Shown: positions 1-9,987, numbered from the stretch's first letter. The stretch is DNA of 64,000 nucleotides from Thermodesulfobacteriota bacterium (GCA_035625415.1 DASPPQ010000050.1:6405-70404), one strand, 5' to 3'. Notes: generated from the letters alone by a model not told the origin. Program-made: numbers and translations.

Positions 1-776
1 CGGTTGATCATCGTCTCAGAAATTTTAAGAGAAGCTGTTCGTAAAGCCTCCTCATCGAACGTTTTCCCACGTAAAAGATCTTCAGCCTCTGAAAACCTTC
101 GAGGGGTCGGGGTGACAGATCCCACAGCGATGCGAATATCTACAATCCTATTTTTTTTCTTTTCCATGTGAAGGACAATAGCGACGCTCATTCTCGCTAT
201 CGCCATGGCGTCCCTTCTGGCAAGTCGAAGAAAACTGCTTCTCATATCTGAAGGAAGTTTTTGGAATATGACTTGAGCCAGAAGTTCATGAGGTTTTAAG
301 TTTGTCTCATAGGGACCTTTGAACAGTTGACGGAGGGGAACTTCCCTCTCTCCTTTCTTGGACATGACCCTTCCTACGGCATTTAAGACCATCAATGGAG
401 GAATGGTATCCGCTGCCGGAGAGGCATTGATGATATTCCCGCCGATCGTCCCAACATTTCTGATCTGTGGAGAGCCAATTTCAGAAGCTGCATCAGACAA
501 AACTTTCCCATATTTCTTTATGATAGAAGAAGAAGAAATTTCAGAATGGGTGACTGCAGCACCGATAGCAATTTTCCCGTCCTTCTCTTCAATCTTCCGA
601 AGCTCCGCTATCCTTGTGACGTCGATGACGAATTGAGGGGTGTGATCTCCGTTCCGCAGCCCGATCACCAAATCTGTCCCGCCAGCAATGATCTTTGCTT
701 TTTCCTCGGCCTGCGACAGAAGATCGATCGCTTCGTCAATCGTATCCGGATTTTTATAGTCAAAAGGAGGTATCAT
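1..776 (-). CDS. Molybdo-hydroxylase FAD-binding (medium) subunit, CoxM/XdhB-like. The 3' end runs off the window edge.
   Basis: Reverse-strand translation from ATG at 776 reads MIPPFDYKNPDTIDEAIDLLSQAEEKAKIIAGGTDLVIGLRNG...GTIGGNIINASPAADTIPPLMV...AMAIARMSVAIVLHMEKKKNRIVDIRIAVGSVTPTPRRFSEAEDLLRGK. This is an FAD-binding domain followed by a CO-dehydrogenase flavoprotein C-terminal domain. There is no stop before position 1. The track omits it because it is incomplete. Confidence 0.75.
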   Translation of the reverse strand, partial: MIPPFDYKNPDTIDEAIDLLSQAEEKAKIIAGGTDLVIGLRNGDHTPQFVIDVTRIAELRKIEEKDGKIAIGAAVTHSEISSSSIIKKYGKVLSDAASEIGSPQIRNVGTIGGNIINASPAADTIPPLMVLNAVGRVMSKKGEREVPLRQLFKGPYETNLKPHELLAQVIFQKLPSDMRSSFLRLARRDAMAIARMSVAIVLHMEKKKNRIVDIRIAVGSVTPTPRRFSEAEDLLRGKTFDEEALRTASLKISETMIN

Positions 777-926
777 ATTTAAAATGCCAAATGACAGAGT
801 TCGCAAGAAGTGATGAACCGAAGGTGAATCAGTTTCAAATCAAATCCAAAACTCAAATATCAAAATTTCTTGATTTGAATTTTGGCATTCATTCAACATT
901 TGGATTTTGGACTTTGACATTTTTAT

Positions 927-1424
927 CTATTCTTTTAGCGCTTCTATAGCTTCGATGATCTGATGATAACCTGTGCACCGACAGAGATGGCCTGAGATCG
1001 CTTCTTTGATCTCCGCTCGGGTGGGATTTGAATTTTTTCCCAATAATGCTTTTGAGGACATCAATATTCCCGGAGTGCAAAAACCACATTGGATTGCCCC
1101 ATGGTCAATGAAAGATTTTTGTAACGGATGAAGAGATTCTTGACTTCCAAGGCCTTCTACGGTCTCGACTTTCCTTCCGTCCACTTTTGGAGCCAAGACC
1201 AGACAGGCATTCACAGGTATCCCGTCGATGAGTACGGTGCAGGCTCCGCATTCACCGATCCCGCAACCTTCTTTGGTGCCCGTGAGACCCATCTTCTCAC
1301 GAAGAAGTTTTAGGAGAGTCCAATGAGCAGGCACTTCCACTCGAATCCATTTCCCATTCAGTATGAACTTAATAGTTATGTCCATGTCGAGCCAACGATA
1401 TAAATTCCAAGTTCCAATCCTCAA
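927..1424 (-). CDS. [2Fe-2S]-binding small subunit of a molybdo-hydroxylase (CoxS/xanthine dehydrogenase small subunit family)
   Basis: GCGIGECGACTV and CGFCTPG cysteine motifs. It lies directly upstream of the FAD subunit on the same strand. The start is either ATG 1424 (GAGGA 4 nt upstream) or ATG 1385 (MDITIKFILNGKW). Confidence 0.85.
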   Translation of the reverse strand: MRIGTWNLYRWLDMDITIKFILNGKWIRVEVPAHWTLLKLLREKMGLTGTKEGCGIGECGACTVLIDGIPVNACLVLAPKVDGRKVETVEGLGSQESLHPLQKSFIDHGAIQCGFCTPGILMSSKALLGKNSNPTRAEIKEAISGHLCRCTGYHQIIEAIEALKE

Positions 1425-1494
1425 ATCACAAATAAATTTTACATGACGGATTCGTCACCTACGAACGATGAAAATTGATTCATACCAATACCTC

Positions 1495-1575
1495 AGGGTT
1501 GTCATTCCCGCGCAGGCGGGAATCCAGAATAATTCCGAAGGCATAGATTCCTGCTTTCGCAGGAATGACGAAGGA
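1495..1575. repeat. Two adjacent GC-rich stem-loops (TTCCCGCgcagGCGGGAA and ATTCCTGCtttcGCAGGAAT). This is the palindromic repeat whose translation gives the 'IPACAGMT' pseudo-peptide.
   Basis: Perfect 7-8 bp stems are visible in the sequence. The overlapping 79-aa ORF 1455..1694 contains PACAGMT, which I recall as a recurrent artefact of translating this type of repeat in 'hypothetical protein' annotations. Confidence 0.55.
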
Positions 1576-1604
1576 CGGTAATCCTTAGTTATTTTATTTT
1601 CTAA

Positions 1605-1712
1605 GCAATTCCAATTTTCCAAACTCCAAACAAATTCGTTTGGGGCGGTTTGACATTGGTGTTTGAAATTTATTTGGGATTTGGACTTTGGCATTTGGGA
1701 TTTCTATTTTTT
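1605..1712. repeat. AT-rich palindromic element (CCAAACTCCAAACAAA ... TTTGGGATTTGGACTTTGG), member of the dispersed composite repeat family
   Basis: It shares CAAAC/GTTTG and TTTGGGATTT words with the elements at 800-905, 20663-20842 and 42232-42395. Confidence 0.45.
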
Positions 1713-3218
1713 TAAATATTTCATGGCAAACCCGTCATCCAAGCTTTTGGACACACCATGAAATGAAGAATGCCACCTGCTGATAATCACCTTCTTGTCC
1801 GTATAGAAATCGATCGCCTCGTTCGCACGGCCTCGAATGTCTCCAAACATGGAGATCTTCTTCCCTCCCACAGGAAAGTAGGCGATGGGTGCAGGAGTTC
1901 CAATATTGATCCCTACCTGACCCACATGAACCAAACGGGCAAACTCTCGTGCCCAACCTCCGTTTTCTGTATAAAGATTGGCCGTGTGCCCATAAGGACT
2001 CCGATTAATGACTTCGACCCCTTCCGCCAGATCCTTTACCTTTTTAAGGCACCGAACCGGACCAAAGACCTCTTCCTGAAAGATTCGCATTCCAGGCTCA
2101 GCCTCTAATACCGTCGGGCCGAGAAAATAACCCCTGGGATACTTCTCAACCTTAGGATTTCTCCCATCGAGAATCAACTTCGCCCCGTCCTTGATTCCCC
2201 GATCGACTTCCTTCAAAATCTTATCCAACGCATCCCTCGAAACAACCGGCCCCAGTGTCACGCCTTTATCCATCCCGTACCCCAGTACCAGTTTCTTAGA
2301 GAGCTCAATGAATTTCTCTTTCACCTTATCGTAAATCTTCTCAACAGCCAGCACGTTCGACACAGCAAAACACCTTTCCCCCACGTGACCAAAGCAAGAG
2401 TCGACCACATTCTGCATCACCTCATCGATCACCGCATCCTCGGCAATCAGGACATGGTTCTTTGCGCCTCCCTGACACTGAGCTCTTTTATCGTGGTTGA
2501 TCGCCGTCTTGTAAACATGTTCTCCCACCTTTGAAGAACCCACGAAAGTGACACCCACTGTTCCCGGATGCGTAATGAGGGCGTCCCCGACGCCGCTACC
2601 AGAGCCGTGCAGAAGATTGATCACCCCCTTGGGGAAACCGCATTCTTCAGCGACCTCGATGATCCGGGTAATGGTCATCGGACAGAGACGGCTCGATTTG
2701 ATGATGGCTGTATCTCCAGCGGCAGTGGCCCACACAAAATATAGAGCAATCATCGCAGGGAAATTGAATGGTGGGAGGATGACAAAAGGTCCGAGGGGTT
2801 CCCGGACGTACATGGTGTCAACACCAGTGCCCACATCTTCGGCATGGCTTCCCTTCATCAGCTCTGGCCCTGCACAGGCATGCTCCACGTATTCCATGGC
2901 TCTTGTCATTTCTCCAATGGCATCCGGCAAGGTCTTCCCGTTTTCGTTTACAATCAGCTCAGCAATCTCAGCCTGATGTTTCTGAAGTTTCTCATGAAAA
3001 TCAAAGAGAAGCTTTGCGCGCCTGGGTGGCGGTGTTATTCTCCAATTCCAGAAGGCCTCCTGGGATGCCCTGACCGTCCGGTCGATTTCTTCTTTGGTTG
3101 TCTCAGGGCAAAGAGCGATCACTTCATCCTTTGCCGGGTTTCTCACTTCAAGCCATTGATTCGTTTTTGATTCTACCCACTGTCCATTGATGTAGTTTTT
3201 GAGTTTCTTCACTTCCAT
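1704..3218 (-). CDS. mmsA: CoA-acylating methylmalonate-semialdehyde dehydrogenase (aldehyde dehydrogenase family)
   Basis: 504 aa from MEVKKLKNYINGQWVES. Full-length aldehyde dehydrogenase architecture; the match to MmsA specifically is from recall, not from a named motif. AAGGA lies 8 nt upstream of ATG 3218. The track ORF is extended to 3302 through a GC-hairpin repeat. Confidence 0.8.
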   Translation of the reverse strand: MEVKKLKNYINGQWVESKTNQWLEVRNPAKDEVIALCPETTKEEIDRTVRASQEAFWNWRITPPPRRAKLLFDFHEKLQKHQAEIAELIVNENGKTLPDAIGEMTRAMEYVEHACAGPELMKGSHAEDVGTGVDTMYVREPLGPFVILPPFNFPAMIALYFVWATAAGDTAIIKSSRLCPMTITRIIEVAEECGFPKGVINLLHGSGSGVGDALITHPGTVGVTFVGSSKVGEHVYKTAINHDKRAQCQGGAKNHVLIAEDAVIDEVMQNVVDSCFGHVGERCFAVSNVLAVEKIYDKVKEKFIELSKKLVLGYGMDKGVTLGPVVSRDALDKILKEVDRGIKDGAKLILDGRNPKVEKYPRGYFLGPTVLEAEPGMRIFQEEVFGPVRCLKKVKDLAEGVEVINRSPYGHTANLYTENGGWAREFARLVHVGQVGINIGTPAPIAYFPVGGKKISMFGDIRGRANEAIDFYTDKKVIISRWHSSFHGVSKSLDDGFAMKYLKK

Positions 3219-3235
3219 TTCAGATCCTTTCTGCT

Positions 3236-3281
3236 CCCCACTCTTCCCCTCTCTCCTTGGGGGAGAGGCAGGGTGAGGGGA
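3236..3281. repeat. GC hairpin repeat CCCCTCTCTCCttggGGGAGAGG followed by CAGGGTGAGGGG
   Basis: Same consensus as 20739-20773 (CCCTCTCCCCtaaGGGGAGAGGGTGGGGTGAGGGGG). It sits between the livF1 stop and the mmsA start. Confidence 0.6.
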
Positions 3282-3291
3282 CATTGTCAAT

Positions 3292-4011
3292 TTACATTGC
3301 AAGATACGCTTTTTTCACATGCTGGTTATTAAGGAGTTCGCTCCCTTTCCCCTCTAACACGATCCTCCCATTTTCAAGGACATAGGCCCGATGGCTAATT
3401 TCAAGGGAGTAGTTGACATTTTGCTCCACCAAGAGAATAGTAACCCTTTTTCGGTTAATCTCTCGAATGGCTTCGAAGGTCCGGGTCACCAACATGGGTT
3501 GAAGTCCTAAAGAGGGCTCATCCAGAAGAAGAAGGTCTGGTTTTGACATGAGCGCCCTTCCCACAGCCAACATCTGCCGCTCTCCTCCACTTAATGTCTT
3601 TGCCTTCTGAGATTCTCTCTCTTGCAGCCTTGGGAAAAGGGTATAAACCTCTTCTAAGGTTTTTTCACGAACCTCCCTCGCCTTCTTGATATAAGATCCC
3701 ATCTTCAAGTTATCGAGCACACTCATTTCGGGGAAAACCCTCGCCCCTTCCGGAACGATGGCAATCCCAAACTTTACTGTTTCCTCAGGGGAAAAACCAT
3801 CCATCCTGTTCCCTCGATAAAAGATACCTGAATCTTTTTGCTCGGTCTTTTTTGGATGATTTAGATTTACAATCGTATGGAGAAGGGTTGACTTCCCCGA
3901 GCCATTGGGTCCTACGACAGTGACAATTTCCCCTTCATCGACTTTTAAAGAAACATCCCATAAGACTTGAACATCTCCATAAAACACTTTGATTTTATCT
4001 ACACGAAGCAT
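3292..4011 (-). CDS. livF: Branched-chain amino acid ABC transporter ATP-binding protein (LivF-like)
   Basis: Walker A GPNGSGKST, signature LSGGERQML, and a 239-aa LivF-type product. It overlaps livG by 13 nt. Confidence 0.85.
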   Translation of the reverse strand: MLRVDKIKVFYGDVQVLWDVSLKVDEGEIVTVVGPNGSGKSTLLHTIVNLNHPKKTEQKDSGIFYRGNRMDGFSPEETVKFGIAIVPEGARVFPEMSVLDNLKMGSYIKKAREVREKTLEEVYTLFPRLQERESQKAKTLSGGERQMLAVGRALMSKPDLLLLDEPSLGLQPMLVTRTFEAIREINRKRVTILLVEQNVNYSLEISHRAYVLENGRIVLEGKGSELLNNQHVKKAYLAM

Positions 4012-4727
4012 ACTTTTTCACCTAAATAGGCCTCGATAACCTTTTCATCATTCGCCACCTCAGAAGGAGTCCCTTCGGCGATCTTTTCTCCGTAATTGAG
4101 GACAATGATCCGATCAGAAATTCCCATGACGACACGCATGATATGTTCCACTACGATCAGCGTCTTGCCCCGATTTCGAATTTTTCTTAAAAGTTTCAGA
4201 ACCTCTTCGATTTCCGTTGGATTCAGTCCTGCCATATTCTCGTCCAGGAGGATGATCTCCGCGCCTGTTGCGATTGCTCTCGCCAGTTCCAGCCGTCTTC
4301 GATGTGGTACAGTGATGGAGCCAGAAGCCATCTCCTTCAAACCTCCAAGGTCAACGAACTCTAAAATCTCTTCCGCCTCCCGAGTTGCATTGGCAAAGGA
4401 AAGGTTCTTTCCGTAAAGCCCGCCCACTAAGACATTCTCAAGGACACTCATCTGAGTGAAAGGCTGGACAATCTGCGAGGTCTTAGCTATTCCCATCCTG
4501 CAAATTTTGTGAGGTTTTAACCCTGAAACTGTTTTTCCCTTCAAAACCACTTCGCCCCTATCAGGTTTATAGACTCCCATAATCACATTGAAGAGAGTTG
4601 ATTTTCCAGCCCCGTTCGGACCGATCATCCCTAAGACCTCCCCTTTTTCTACTGAGAAATCTACAGAATTGACGGCAGCAAGAGCCCCAAAATATTTCGT
4701 TAAATTCCTTCCTTCGAGTATTGCCAT
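3999..4727 (-). CDS. livG: Branched-chain amino acid ABC transporter ATP-binding protein (LivG-like)
   Basis: Walker A GPNGAGKST and a 242-aa LivG-like product. Confidence 0.85.
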   Translation of the reverse strand: MAILEGRNLTKYFGALAAVNSVDFSVEKGEVLGMIGPNGAGKSTLFNVIMGVYKPDRGEVVLKGKTVSGLKPHKICRMGIAKTSQIVQPFTQMSVLENVLVGGLYGKNLSFANATREAEEILEFVDLGGLKEMASGSITVPHRRRLELARAIATGAEIILLDENMAGLNPTEIEEVLKLLRKIRNRGKTLIVVEHIMRVVMGISDRIIVLNYGEKIAEGTPSEVANDEKVIEAYLGEKVCFV

Positions 4728-4733
4728 ATAAGT

Positions 4734-5684
4734 TTATTGCATTAGTCGGGTTCTCTGTATCACCCGTTTTGTTTGTAAGGTTCCTATAATCCCCTTGGGC
4801 ATAAGAAGAACCACCACGACGACGATAAACCCGACAATAATCGTATAGGTATAAGGAAAATCTCTATGAAGCAGTTCATAAAGGATCGTTAAAAACGAAG
4901 CTCCAACCACCGGTCCGAACACCGTCCCAATGCCTCCCAGTAAGGACATCACCACCATCTGAATCGTGATGAGGACGTCAAAGACCATGTGGGGTGTAAT
5001 GTAGGTGAGCCAATAAGCCTCAACCCCTCCCATCAGCCCCAAAAAGAAGGCACTGATCATATAAGCTTTGACTTTCGCCCTCAATGTATCCACACCTGAA
5101 AGCTCAGCCGCATGCTCAGCTTCATGAATGGCGCGAAGGGCATAGCCAAATTTGGATCGTCTGATCCAGTAGGTGATTCCAATCACAGCAATCATGACCA
5201 CAACTCCAATATAATAGAAGAATTCGTTTTGGGGACCAATGGGTAAAGTGATTCCATGGGGGCCTTCAAAAAAATTAACTCCAACAGTTTTGTCGAATTC
5301 GAGAATGATCTGCTTTATCGCTTCGGCGAAGGCAAGCGTCGCAATTCCAAAATAAGCCCCTTTCAATCGAAGTGTAGGCAGGCCGATGGGTAGGGCGATC
5401 AAGGCTGAAACGATGCCGCTGATCAAAATCGAGAATAGAAACGGGACCTGCCCCTTTGACATGAGTATGGCTGTGACGTAGGAACCGATTCCATAATATC
5501 CCACGGCGCCAAAATCGATATAGCCAGTATATCCAGAGATGATATTCCAACAGCCTGCCTTGCCGATCCAGAAAAAGATCATCGCGAGAAGACGGATGAC
5601 ATATCCCGAAACTCCTGCAAAAGGGACAATGAGAAGACTGATTACGATTGCGACGACGAGAGTCGGAGACAATTTCCTGAACAT
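4734..5684 (-). CDS. livM: Branched-chain amino acid ABC transporter permease (LivM-like)
   Basis: Polytopic membrane protein of the LivM family. The start is trimmed to ATG 5684 (MFRKLSPTLVV) so that it does not overlap the livH stop at 5689. Confidence 0.8.
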   Translation of the reverse strand: MFRKLSPTLVVAIVISLLIVPFAGVSGYVIRLLAMIFFWIGKAGCWNIISGYTGYIDFGAVGYYGIGSYVTAILMSKGQVPFLFSILISGIVSALIALPIGLPTLRLKGAYFGIATLAFAEAIKQIILEFDKTVGVNFFEGPHGITLPIGPQNEFFYYIGVVVMIAVIGITYWIRRSKFGYALRAIHEAEHAAELSGVDTLRAKVKAYMISAFFLGLMGGVEAYWLTYITPHMVFDVLITIQMVVMSLLGGIGTVFGPVVGASFLTILYELLHRDFPYTYTIIVGFIVVVVVLLMPKGIIGTLQTKRVIQRTRLMQ

Positions 5685-5688
5685 AGAC

Positions 5689-6567
5689 CTATTCAACAAT
5701 TCCCTTTCCCACGATGCCTGCAGGCCTAACAACCAGCATAATGAAGAGTAGGATAAATGTGAAGGCCCCTGACAGCCCTGCATTAAGATAGGTCGCTGTG
5801 AGAGATTGAACCACCCCCAAGATCAGTCCTCCCCAGAGGGCACCCGGAATGTATCCCATCCCTCCCAAAACAACCACGCAGAAGGCAATGATCGTATAAG
5901 GAAGTCCCATTTGTGGATAGACGATAAAATATGTGGAGACCAATGAGCCGGCAATACCTGTAATCGCTGCTCCGACCCCAAATGTTATGGCATAAATTCT
6001 ATTGATATTGACCCCCATCAGACGTGCCACTTCCTTATCCTGGGCTGTCGCCTGAATCGCTCTTCCTACCTCGCTCTTATACAGAAGAATGTACAGCCCG
6101 ACTACGACGAAAAGGGCTAATCCGAAGGTCGCTAACCTGGCGTAAGGGACGATCATTCCACCAATGTTCGCATTAAATCCCGAGTAGCTCGTCGTCACCG
6201 TTCTGAAATCGGCCGTCCAGACCCATAAGGCTGTATAGGCAATAATTAAATGAATACCGAATGTGAGAATGTACGAAATCATGGGAGGTTCCTCGACCAC
6301 CCTATTGATGACGAATCTCTGGACCAGATACCCGAAGATAAAAAGAGAGATAGTTGAAAGAGGGATTGTCAAAAACGGATCGATATGAAATAGAGTAAAA
6401 ACCCAGTAAGTAAGGAAGGCTCCCAACATCACCATTTCACCATGGAAGATATTGATGACCCCCATGACCCCAAAGATCAATGAAAACCCGGCTGAGTAAG
6501 AGGCGTAAATCCCTCCGAGGAGGATCCCGTTAAGCAAGGATTGTAAAAATAGAAGCATTTCTTCCAA
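5689..6567 (-). CDS. livH: Branched-chain amino acid ABC transporter permease (LivH-like)
   Basis: 292-aa polytopic membrane protein, conserved LivH family. Confidence 0.85.
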   Translation of the reverse strand: MEEMLLFLQSLLNGILLGGIYASYSAGFSLIFGVMGVINIFHGEMVMLGAFLTYWVFTLFHIDPFLTIPLSTISLFIFGYLVQRFVINRVVEEPPMISYILTFGIHLIIAYTALWVWTADFRTVTTSYSGFNANIGGMIVPYARLATFGLALFVVVGLYILLYKSEVGRAIQATAQDKEVARLMGVNINRIYAITFGVGAAITGIAGSLVSTYFIVYPQMGLPYTIIAFCVVVLGGMGYIPGALWGGLILGVVQSLTATYLNAGLSGAFTFILLFIMLVVRPAGIVGKGIVE

Positions 6568-6658
6568 AACTTTCGTGCGTGATATTTAAGCCTAAAAACG
6601 ATTATAGGGGCAAGTCGCGAGAGAACCCGCCCCTACGTCGCTCCTCACAGTCTTTTAT

Positions 6659-7885
6659 CTATCTTTCTTTCCATGGTTTCATAGGATACCATGGAGCTGC
6701 CTCTGCTGCGTTTTTAGGAAAGACATTAACCAGCTTCCCATTTTGTACCTGAACGACCACGGGCGGATGGGCCTCGTTCGCACCATCGGTAGCAAATTTG
6801 ACGACGCCGTAGAAGGTCATCAGATTTTGCCTATGAAGTTCCTCCATCAGCCTTACCCGGTCCTCCTCCCTGACCGGGGGCGTGATCCCCAACTTTTCAA
6901 CAGCAATCTGCATTGCATAGGCTCCGGCTGCTGATGCTGCCTCGACATAGTCAGGGTAGCGTCCGTATTTTTTGAAATAGTTTTCATTGAATTGTTTGGC
7001 AGTACCAAAGAGCGGGTCCTTATAGGGCAAGTTTGGAGCCCACTCAGACGCCGCTAGGACATATTCTGCATCTTTCCCTAAATTCTTGACAAAGTCGGGG
7101 ACGGTTGGACCATAGCTGAAAGTGACCATCTTGGGTGTAAAATCGATCTCCTTCATCCCCTTGATCGTCTTCATCGCTACCATCAAATGAGATCCTACAA
7201 ACAAAACATCGGGGTTCTTCTGCTTCACTTTCAGAAGCATCGAGTTATAATCTTGAAGGGTGATGGGAAAGAGTTCAAAGAGGATAATCTCAATCCCGTT
7301 CTGAGCAGCATATTTTTTATAGCCTTCACAGGCCAGGGCAGTAAAAAGGATGTCCGCCCCAATGATCGCCCCTGTTTTAGGTTTTGGGGAGAGAATTTGA
7401 ACGACGTCCACACAACCACGGACTTCTTCGGTCGCTTTCCCTATAGTGGAAAAATAGTATTTGAAACCCCGATCGAAGAGCTTGTTCGAACTGGCCGCAC
7501 CACTGATTAAGGGATACTTGTATTTCTCTGCTACGGCACTGCCTGCGAAGACTGAATCGCTACCAAACCCGCCCAGGATCAAATCGACTTTATCCTCGGT
7601 GATCAACTTTTCCGTGAATTTTGCATTTTCGGCAGCAGTCGATTTATCGTCAATGAAGGTGAGTTCGACCGGGTATCTTTTCCCCTTAACCTCGATGCCT
7701 CCCTTTGAATTGATAAGATCGGCCCAAAAGGTATAGGCGTCCTTCACCAGATTTCCATCCCTGCCGAATGTTCCCGTAAGGGGATCCGCACACCCGATCC
7801 TGAATTTTTGTTGGGCTGAACCGATTCCAGAACTCAAAAAGACGATCAGTCCTACGATGATAACTCCGAGACATAGCTTCCGCAT
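6659..7885 (-). CDS. Periplasmic branched-chain amino acid-binding protein (LivK/LivJ family)
   Basis: Signal peptide MRKLCLGVIIVGLIVFLSSGIGSAQQ followed by a type I periplasmic binding fold. It is the first gene of the operon. Confidence 0.8.
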   Translation of the reverse strand: MRKLCLGVIIVGLIVFLSSGIGSAQQKFRIGCADPLTGTFGRDGNLVKDAYTFWADLINSKGGIEVKGKRYPVELTFIDDKSTAAENAKFTEKLITEDKVDLILGGFGSDSVFAGSAVAEKYKYPLISGAASSNKLFDRGFKYYFSTIGKATEEVRGCVDVVQILSPKPKTGAIIGADILFTALACEGYKKYAAQNGIEIILFELFPITLQDYNSMLLKVKQKNPDVLFVGSHLMVAMKTIKGMKEIDFTPKMVTFSYGPTVPDFVKNLGKDAEYVLAASEWAPNLPYKDPLFGTAKQFNENYFKKYGRYPDYVEAASAAGAYAMQIAVEKLGITPPVREEDRVRLMEELHRQNLMTFYGVVKFATDGANEAHPPVVVQVQNGKLVNVFPKNAAEAAPWYPMKPWKER

Positions 7886-7922
7886 AAGATCCCTCCTTTC
7901 TAAAATGATGACACGGTTTGAT

Positions 7923-8246
7923 TCAGATCGATAGTTGATTCTTCACCTCCCTACACCATTGCCTTACCTTTTTCATTAAAAAATTGGTGGGCTCACTACC
8001 CATATCACAATCGCCTTCTTTTTGCCAGGGTTCAACCAGCCATGAGGTTCCTGGGATGAAAAATAGAAACTTTGGTTCCTCAAGGGCGGAGGCAATTTTT
8101 TTCAGCATCATGATGGAAAGGTTTGCCCGTTCCTTCTCAAGCTGGGAGAGGTAAGCATCTATGCAACCGGCCTTGTTAGCCAGTTGTTTGAGCATCATCC
8201 AGTTTGCCAATCGAAGGGATTTCAGTTTTTCGGCAATCTCTTTCAT
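7923..8246 (-). CDS. XRE-family helix-turn-helix transcriptional regulator
   Basis: N-terminal HTH (LKSLRLANWMMLKQLANKAGCIDAYLSQLEKERANLSIMMLKKIASAL). 107 aa. Confidence 0.6.
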   Translation of the reverse strand: MKEIAEKLKSLRLANWMMLKQLANKAGCIDAYLSQLEKERANLSIMMLKKIASALEEPKFLFFIPGTSWLVEPWQKEGDCDMGSEPTNFLMKKVRQWCREVKNQLSI

Positions 8247-8503
8247 GAAGGAATTAATTAAATATAATTTAGAGAGTTAGAGAAAATAACCATGTAGGCT
8301 CTACCTATTCCTTCAGTGCAGAATATCAAACGGTTACTAATACAAAAATCTAAAAGTCTAATTGGTCAAGCATCAAGGTCTTCCCGATCAATCTTGGCAG
8401 AGATCTTTCCAAAATCTAAACAACTTGCTGGCTATTTTTAGTAGAGTGAAAACCCGCCTTCGAAAACAGGCTCATACTTCACTTTAAAGGCATTATATAT
8501 CAT

Positions 8504-8533
8504 TTGACAAGATGAATTTCAATCATTGATAAT
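8504..8533 (+). promoter_or_regulatory. Candidate sigma70-type promoter for the MFS gene (TTGACA, 17 nt spacer, TGATAAT)
   Basis: TTGACA at 8504-8509 and GATAAT at 8528-8533. This would make the ATG 8547 transcript almost leaderless. Confidence 0.35.
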
Positions 8534-8546
8534 CGGAACCGCGACG

Positions 8547-9728
8547 ATGAAGATAAATAAAAAGGCACTGACCATTCTTAGCGCCGGCCATGCCATTACG
8601 GATATCAATCAAGGGGTACTGCCTGTCCTCCTTCCTTTCTTCAAAGAGGCTTTTAGTCTCTCCTACACGATGGCCGGTGTTATTCTTCTGTTTGGAAATC
8701 TGACTTCATCCGTCATCCAACCTGTATTCGGATATTACTCCGATAAGCGTCCAATAGGATGGTTACTCCCCTTAGCCCCTTTCATCGCCTGTCTTGGATT
8801 GTCCATATCTGGATTCGTCCCCAACTATTCTTTTCTACTTGTTTGTGTCATTGTAAGCGGCATCGGGATCGCGAGTTTTCATCCGGAGGGGTTCAAAACG
8901 GCCTATTTTTTCACTGGACAAAAGAAGGCAACCGGTATGTCGATCTTTTCAGTAGGAGGAAATTTAGGAATCGCCCTAGGCCCAATGTGCGTACTTACGC
9001 TCGTTACCTCCTTTGGCCTAAAGGGTACGTTGGGGATGATTGTCCCGGGAATGCTAATGGCAGGAATCCTCTTCCTCTCCCTCTCATGGCTCTCCGCTCC
9101 TGTTCATTCCGCTTTTATACATTTGAAGAAACAACCTAAGCAATCCATTTCGCAAAAAGAAACCATTTCGCTTCTTCTGCTTATCGGTATCGTCACCCTG
9201 AGATCCTTTATACAATACGGGCTGATGACTTATATCCCTTTTTATTACCTCCATTTTTTGAAAGGAGACCCTCTTTACGCAGGAAAACTCATTTCAACCT
9301 TTCTGATGGCCGGCGCATTGGGCACCCTTATCGGTGCTCCACTCGCCGATCTGTGGGGCCACAAAAAATTTCTTGCGGCCACGATGATTGCAACCTTTCC
9401 CTTACTCCTCTATTTTAACAATTCGGAAGGGTGGATAGCCTTCGCAATCTTTGGAATATCGGGGATGGTACTGATTTCGACCTTCTCTGTGACAGTAGTC
9501 ATGGCACAAACCCTTTTACCCCAACGCTTGGGTATGGCCTCGGGTTTAACGGCTGGGTTTTCTGTTGGGACAGGAGGAATTGGGGTAACCCTTCTTGGAA
9601 TAATTGCTGATCATTGGGGGGTGCCGACAGCTATGAAATCAATCCTAATCTTCCCGCTGATTGGATTTGGTCTCAGTTTGCTTTTAAAGTATCCTCCGGA
9701 AAAAGCAAAAATTCTGGCTGACAGATGA
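8547..9728 (+). CDS. MFS family transporter
   Basis: 12-TM MFS_1-like protein beginning MKINKKALTILSAGHAITDINQGVLPVLLPFF. The track start TTG 8526 falls inside the putative -10 element, so I prefer ATG 8547. Confidence 0.7.
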   Translation: MKINKKALTILSAGHAITDINQGVLPVLLPFFKEAFSLSYTMAGVILLFGNLTSSVIQPVFGYYSDKRPIGWLLPLAPFIACLGLSISGFVPNYSFLLVCVIVSGIGIASFHPEGFKTAYFFTGQKKATGMSIFSVGGNLGIALGPMCVLTLVTSFGLKGTLGMIVPGMLMAGILFLSLSWLSAPVHSAFIHLKKQPKQSISQKETISLLLLIGIVTLRSFIQYGLMTYIPFYYLHFLKGDPLYAGKLISTFLMAGALGTLIGAPLADLWGHKKFLAATMIATFPLLLYFNNSEGWIAFAIFGISGMVLISTFSVTVVMAQTLLPQRLGMASGLTAGFSVGTGGIGVTLLGIIADHWGVPTAMKSILIFPLIGFGLSLLLKYPPEKAKILADR

Positions 9729-9987
9729 GTACAAGTTCAGTAACACGTGAGTCGAGTTTCACTGGTTCTCATTTTTACGAACGGCTTGTCAAAGAAGGAT
9801 ACGATGTGAACTTTCCAGACCGCCTTAAACTCAACACCGAGGATATTCGAAACTAGGAACATCTCAGAGAGACCCCGAAAAAAGTCGGATTGACTTAATC
9901 GTCCACTTAGCTGCCAGGGCAAAGAAGTAAGAGTTTCCACGGAATAGCCTCTCCTCTACGGAAATTTGACCTCCGGAGGACGTCCAA

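Noticed and set aside
358-949. Three overlapping plus-strand ORFs (358..636, 546..782, 695..949)
   Set aside because: They lie antisense to the well-supported coxM-like gene and have low-complexity products with no motif.
1455-1694. 79-aa ORF containing ...WIPACAGMTTLRYW...
   Set aside because: It is the translation of the double stem-loop repeat at 1495-1575 and is not a gene.
9737-9940. 67-aa minus-strand ORF in the MFS / liv-2 spacer
   Set aside because: It has no RBS and no recognisable features, and lies in the likely promoter and terminator region between convergent genes.
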